From positions 60,574,001-60,638,000 of the forward strand of contig NC_043007.1 of NCBI RefSeq assembly GCF_006345805.1: a DNA stretch of 64,000 bases. Direction: 5' to 3'. The notes under the pieces are model-generated. The model had not been told where the DNA came from, did not search any database, and saw nothing but the letters and a program-made list of their open reading frames with translations. Positions 61,401-64,000 of the stretch are shown here, piece after piece. The number at the start of each line of letters is the position of its first letter. The first letter of the stretch is position 1. The DNA comes from Octopus sinensis (Eukaryota). The position numbers were made by a program, and so were the translations under genes.

Positions 61401-64000
61401 AAGTGTCTATTGCTATAACTCGCAATATGTGTATGTTTGTGTTTTCCTGTCTTGATGTCATACACTAGTTGTAAACCATCATGGCTTGGGGTTTTTGATG
61501 TTTGAAGGACTAGAGGAAATGTTATGTTACTTGGAAATGTGAGGGTTGGTGATGGAAAGAGCTTCCAGTTGTAGAAAATGTAATCTGGCACTCTGCCAGT
61601 TATGACAATGAGTGTTCCAGCTGATCAGATGAACAGAACAGCCTGCTTGTGAAATTAATGTACAAGCGACTGAGCATTCCACAGACATGCATACCCTTAA
61701 CATAGTTCTTGGGGAGATTCAGTGTGACACAGAATGTGACAAGGCTGGCCCTTTGAAATACATGTAATACTCATTTTTGCCAACTGAGTGGACTGGAACC
61801 ACATGAAATAATGTGTCTTGCTCAAGGACAAAACATGCCACTAGGAATCGAACTCACAACATTACGATTGTGAGTCAACTACCTTAACCAATAAGTGATT
61901 CAATGAATTTCATCTAACCCATGCAAGCATAGAAAAATAGATGTTAAAATGATAATGAAGATGCTGATAGTTGTCTTAGAAAATATAGACATTTTCTTTG
62001 ATCATTCAAAATATAAATTTAATTGTATTTTATATGCAAGTGAGTGTGTGTTATAATTTTCATATTATATTTTAGTCCAAATTATTGAAATTACATGAAG
62101 AATCTCTAAATCTGAACTCCAACAATGACATACTGAAGAATCAGATTGAAAAGCTAAAAATTGAACAGGATAATGATCAGCGCCACATTTTGGATAAACA
62201 GCATACAATTGAAAAACTGAAGGAAGAGCTTGAATGTTTTTCTGCAAAGGAATCTAATTGGCAACAGGCTGAAACAAAATACAAATCAGAACTACAACAA
62301 CAGCAAGCAAAGGTAGCTCAGATACAACAAGAGCTTTCTACTGTAAGCACTGAACTGAAATTAACAAATATGGTAAGTTTAGGGTACTTTAAAAATATTC
62401 ATTTTATTTCCCTACATTTTTGTGTAGGGAAACAAGAAAACTTATTCTCAACACCCACTCACGATCCTCTGCCAGCATGTATTCAGTGGATCACCAGAGG
62501 TATTTGTATGACTTGTTGAAGTTATTATTATGAGGATGTATGAAGGCAGTACCATTACCACACTGGGTAAAATACTTAGTGGCATTTTGTCTATCTTTAT
62601 GTTCTAGGCTCAAATGCTGCTGGGATCAACTTTGCCTTTCAGAGTTGATAAAATAAGGACCAGTTGAACACTGGGGTCGATAAAATAAGGACCAGTTGAG
62701 CACTGGGGTCGATAAAATAAGGACCAGTTGAGCACTGGGGTCGATAAAATAAGGACCAGTTGAACACTGGGGTCGATAAAATAAGGACCAGTTGAACACT
62801 GGGGTCGATAAAATAAGGACCAGTTGAACACTGGGGTCGATAAAATAAGGACCAGTTGAACACTGGGGTCGATAAAATAAGGACCAGTTGAACACTGGGG
62901 TCGATAAAATAAGGACCAGTTGAACACTGGGGTCGATAAAATAAGGACCAGTTGAACACTGGGGTCGATAAAATAAGGACCAGTTGAGCACTGGGGTTGA
63001 TAAAATAAAGACCAGTTGAACACTGGGGTTGATAAAATGACCAGTTGAACACTGGGGTTGATAAAATAAGGACCAGTTGAACACTGGGGTCGATGTAATC
63101 AACTCAGCCCCACCTCAAGTATTGTTGGCCTTATATCAAAATTGGAAACCATTATTATAAGGATGTATCAAATCGGTGAATTCACAGAATGGCTAGTGTG
63201 AAAAAAATTCTTTGAGGCATTATGGCTCTTTACAGTCCATGTTCAAATCCCACTTAGGTCAGCTTTGCCTTTCATCCCTCCAGGCTCAATAAAACAAGTT
63301 ACTAGTCATGTTCTAGATCAATAGTATCAACTAAGCCCCTCCTCTCAAAATTGCTAGCCTTGTGACTTAATTAGAAACAATTATAATATGGATGGATGAA
63401 ATACTTGAAGTGATCACAATTTTCCAAATGTGTAATTGAACAGTTGTGTTTCTTATTTCAGAAAAAACATTGTGTTTATTATATGAGATCTTCAGCTTAT
63501 TGCTCTGTAATACAGTATCTTAGTCACAGCTGTCAATTATTATTTAATGTTAACTTGAAATATTATTGTCTGGTTTGTTATTCTACTCAAGGTGGTTTTT
63601 ATTTTTGTAGCAAGTTGAATCTGATACAAAGAGCAATGAAAACAGGCGCCAGACACTGATTATGTCTATGGATTCTTTGAAATGTGAGAAAAAATCTCTA
63701 CAACAGAAATTTCTCTCTGAAAAGGCTGCACTGGAAGAAGAGATAAAAAATCTTTCTACTCAACTGGAATCGGCAAAAGAAGAATTTTCTGCTGAACAGC
63801 AAAAGTTGATGTCAGATAATGAAAATAGTTTGCTTGAAAAGCAGGAGCTGGAACGTCAACTTGGTGTTGAACAAAGGCTCCGTGAGAGTGCTGAGAAAAT
63901 ATTGGTCTCTCAACGGGAGGAAGCTGCAAAAGAGCTTGCTGATAATGTTGATATTTTAAAGACTGATATTAAGAAATATGAACAAGAAGTAAATAGCTTA
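38211..64000 (+). CDS. NUMA1: NuMA/Mud-like spindle protein (Hook-type CH domain plus long coiled coil), 3' end outside window
   Basis: 15 exons join with consistent phases into 715 open codons. The N-terminus (TLIQWLNKL..LREGEQFVALLNKI..ERFEIIQKFIE..ELDLAKIAVLIL) parallels recalled human NuMA motifs (ALLSWVNSL, ERLDFVCSFLQ, ELELAKMTMLLL). LRKLGSDLNTERHLRSEIEYDL parallels MRRLKKQLADERSNRDELELEL. Orthology is recalled, not searched. Confidence 0.8.
40213..41510 (+). mobile_element. 5'-truncated RTE-type LINE (ORF2 C-terminus, 3' UTR, (GAT)n tail)
   Basis: WPCSICRKGVGRNSIRCTQC, LEVVDSFRYLGD, LLGSETWA and GRGRPRKTWNEVVK, followed by the abundant 3' repeat; 42-bp and 39-bp internal tandem repeats in the 3' UTR. 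Confidence 0.9.
41633..42472 (-). mobile_element. 5'-truncated RTE-type LINE with a 62-bp VNTR in its 3' UTR
   Basis: Minus strand EVVKHDLRTLGLTKEMTRDRDLWKYAVREKTRQ*, then ~62-bp units starting at 41844, 41905, 41968, 42029, 42092, 42154 and 42215, and a (CAT)n tail at 41633. Confidence 0.88.
42541..42626 (+). CDS. NUMA1: NuMA-like coding exon 2
   Basis: tcctttccAG / AT|GTAAGT; LNKLNPHLVIESLYDLREGEQFVALLNK; phase 0-2. Confidence 0.88.
43432..43499 (+). CDS. NUMA1: NuMA-like coding exon 3
   Basis: tatAG / G|GTATGT; KDHSYDANTKKERFEIIQKFIE; phase 2-1. Confidence 0.85.
43916..43983 (+). CDS. NUMA1: NuMA-like coding exon 4
   Basis: ttttcctAG / AAG|GTAGGT; DNYHHSLIEQVNLDRDNELDLAK; phase 1-0. Confidence 0.88.
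44934..45129 (+). CDS. NUMA1: NuMA-like coding exon 5
   Basis: ttcttttAG / T|GTAAGT; IAVLILAVGVEGETREVFMNAALSLNERSQLEIMGILKEIL...; phase 0-1. Confidence 0.9.
46317..46391 (+). CDS. NUMA1: NuMA-like coding exon 6
   Basis: ttttccAG / G|GTTAGT; EAYDLENSSENSFQENKSSEKSPS; phase 1-1. Confidence 0.8.
46988..47139 (+). CDS. NUMA1: NuMA-like coding exon 7
   Basis: tattcAG / AGG|GTAAGT; SFVEELPTDKPPNTNSLNDILSPFQRINVNYSTPSTPLHTLITSSGFNGR; phase 1-0. Confidence 0.85.
47780..48062. repeat. ~105-bp direct duplication (period ~178 bp) inside an unclassified repeat
   Basis: GGAAAATTTGTGAAGC.AATACTGGGTACTG...GATGTGGTCTGGAA occurs at ~47780-47885 and ~47958-48062. Confidence 0.8.
48546..48969 (-). pseudogene. 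Penelope-like element RT fragment
   Basis: FILKDHQQNFFNNPSLGLICPSSSDIG and FIQFDISSFYSSI resemble the PLE RT motifs LKDHK.NF.NNP..RLINP.KSE.G and F..FDI..FYPSI. Cut at a TTAA by a piggyBac-like MITE end (48541). Confidence 0.7.
48970..49332 (-). mobile_element. mariner-family transposon 5' fragment
   Basis: TIR-like TCAGGTCATCCCATAAGTTCTGT next to TA; HTH N-terminus MEVSKEHLRHTMLYEYKKGNSAAEATRNI...TCRRWFAKFRSGDFSLE. Confidence 0.85.
49430..49830 (+). mobile_element. RTE-type LINE ORF2 C-terminal fragment
   Basis: GRLYDACVRTAMLHDSETWAVTAEDMRKL, WYGHV and GRVRPRKTWDEVV. Confidence 0.85.
50519..50557 (+). CDS. NUMA1: NuMA-like coding exon 8 (39-nt micro-exon)
   Basis: ttttgtattAG / GAG|GTGACT; IIQRERNLRKKTE; phase 0-0. 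Optional for frame, weak donor. Confidence 0.55.
50680..51260. repeat. Degenerate ~26-bp minisatellite
   Basis: Recurring CCTGCTTGCTGTAGCATTCATGTTTG-like units, best preserved at ~50845-50950. Confidence 0.6.
53697..54783 (-). mobile_element. Tc1/mariner-superfamily element (maT/DD37D-like), decayed
   Basis: WVFSDEKYF, QQDLAPC and PNSLDSNLMDYYVW..VEK.TN motifs; degenerate TIRs sharing GCTAAATTTGA; TA flanks. Confidence 0.75.
55019..55142 (+). CDS. NUMA1: NuMA-like coding exon 9
   Basis: aattttAG / G|GTAATT; EEIDKKNILLRKLGSDLNTERHLRSEIEYDLEEKNKTISLK; phase 0-1. Confidence 0.9.
56208..56325 (+). CDS. NUMA1: NuMA-like coding exon 10
   Basis: ttctttAG / AA|GTATGT; DKIRELNNQIRDLKKLQDQLDEYDNIKNQYDQLVADAD; phase 1-2. 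Confidence 0.9.
58524..58629 (+). CDS. NUMA1: NuMA-like coding exon 11
   Basis: ttctttctAG / GTA|GTAAGT; VKSQHDELKLLKLENTSLKNENAEVYEELKKLKEV; phase 2-0. Confidence 0.88.
59002..59227 (+). CDS. NUMA1: NuMA-like coding exon 12
   Basis: tctttcAG / G|GTGATT; KSQLKVAQLDQVKNLKELQLEQRK...EETLAFQS; phase 0-1. Confidence 0.88.
60504..60667 (+). CDS. NUMA1: NuMA-like coding exon 13
   Basis: ttttctttcAG / GAA|GTAAGA; NQPAGENMSVVTDYLMTELKTELDDIK...ERAILE; phase 1-0. Confidence 0.9.
62076..62372 (+). CDS. NUMA1: NuMA-like coding exon 14
   Basis: atattttAG / ATG|GTAAGT; SKLLKLHEESLNLNSNNDILKNQIEKLK...ELKLTNM; phase 0-0. Confidence 0.9.
62647..63091. repeat. 32-bp tandem array (14 units) inside a Nin-type SINE
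   Basis: Unit GATAAAATAAGGACCAGTTGAACACTGGGGTC; SINE head upstream (~62555) and SINE tail downstream (~63150). Confidence 0.95.
63611..64000 (+). CDS. NUMA1: NuMA-like coding exon 15 (runs off window)
   Basis: tttttgtAG acceptor, phase 0; 130 open codons QVESDTKSNENRRQTLIMSMDSLKCEKK...YEQEVNSL. Confidence 0.9.

Noticed and set aside
62647-63091. 32-bp repeat array as a CRISPR array, and ORFs 62610-63102 as a repeat protein
   Set aside because: Units are contiguous with no unique spacers, no cas genes, eukaryotic context. The three overlapping ORFs just reflect a stop-free 32-bp unit.

Overview
AT-rich animal genomic DNA. The repeat landscape ((CAT)n-tailed RTE 3' ends, CORE- and Nin-type tRNA SINEs, TTAA-flanked MITEs) suggests a coleoid cephalopod such as Octopus; this is inferred, not database-confirmed. 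Two spliced + strand genes can be rebuilt by hand with consistent intron phases. (1) The 3' part of an uncharacterised coiled-coil gene (5 exons, 2356-12956) made of tandemly duplicated phase-1 exons and possibly ending in a membrane anchor. (2) The first 15 coding exons (715 codons, 38211 to window end) of a NuMA/Mud-like gene with a Hook-type CH domain followed by coiled coil. Between them lies a TE-rich block: a full-length 4188-bp Gypsy LTR element with a 5-bp TSD, a near full-length CR1-group LINE, a 168-bp tandem array, hAT/Gypsy/PLE remnants and nested MITEs. The most striking observation is that the Gypsy primer-binding site is not TGG-type. The 12 nt abutting the 5' LTR are exactly complementary to the 5' end (nt 1-12) of metazoan tRNA-Phe(GAA), suggesting priming by a 5' tRNA fragment. 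No rRNA, bona fide tRNA gene or CRISPR array was found.
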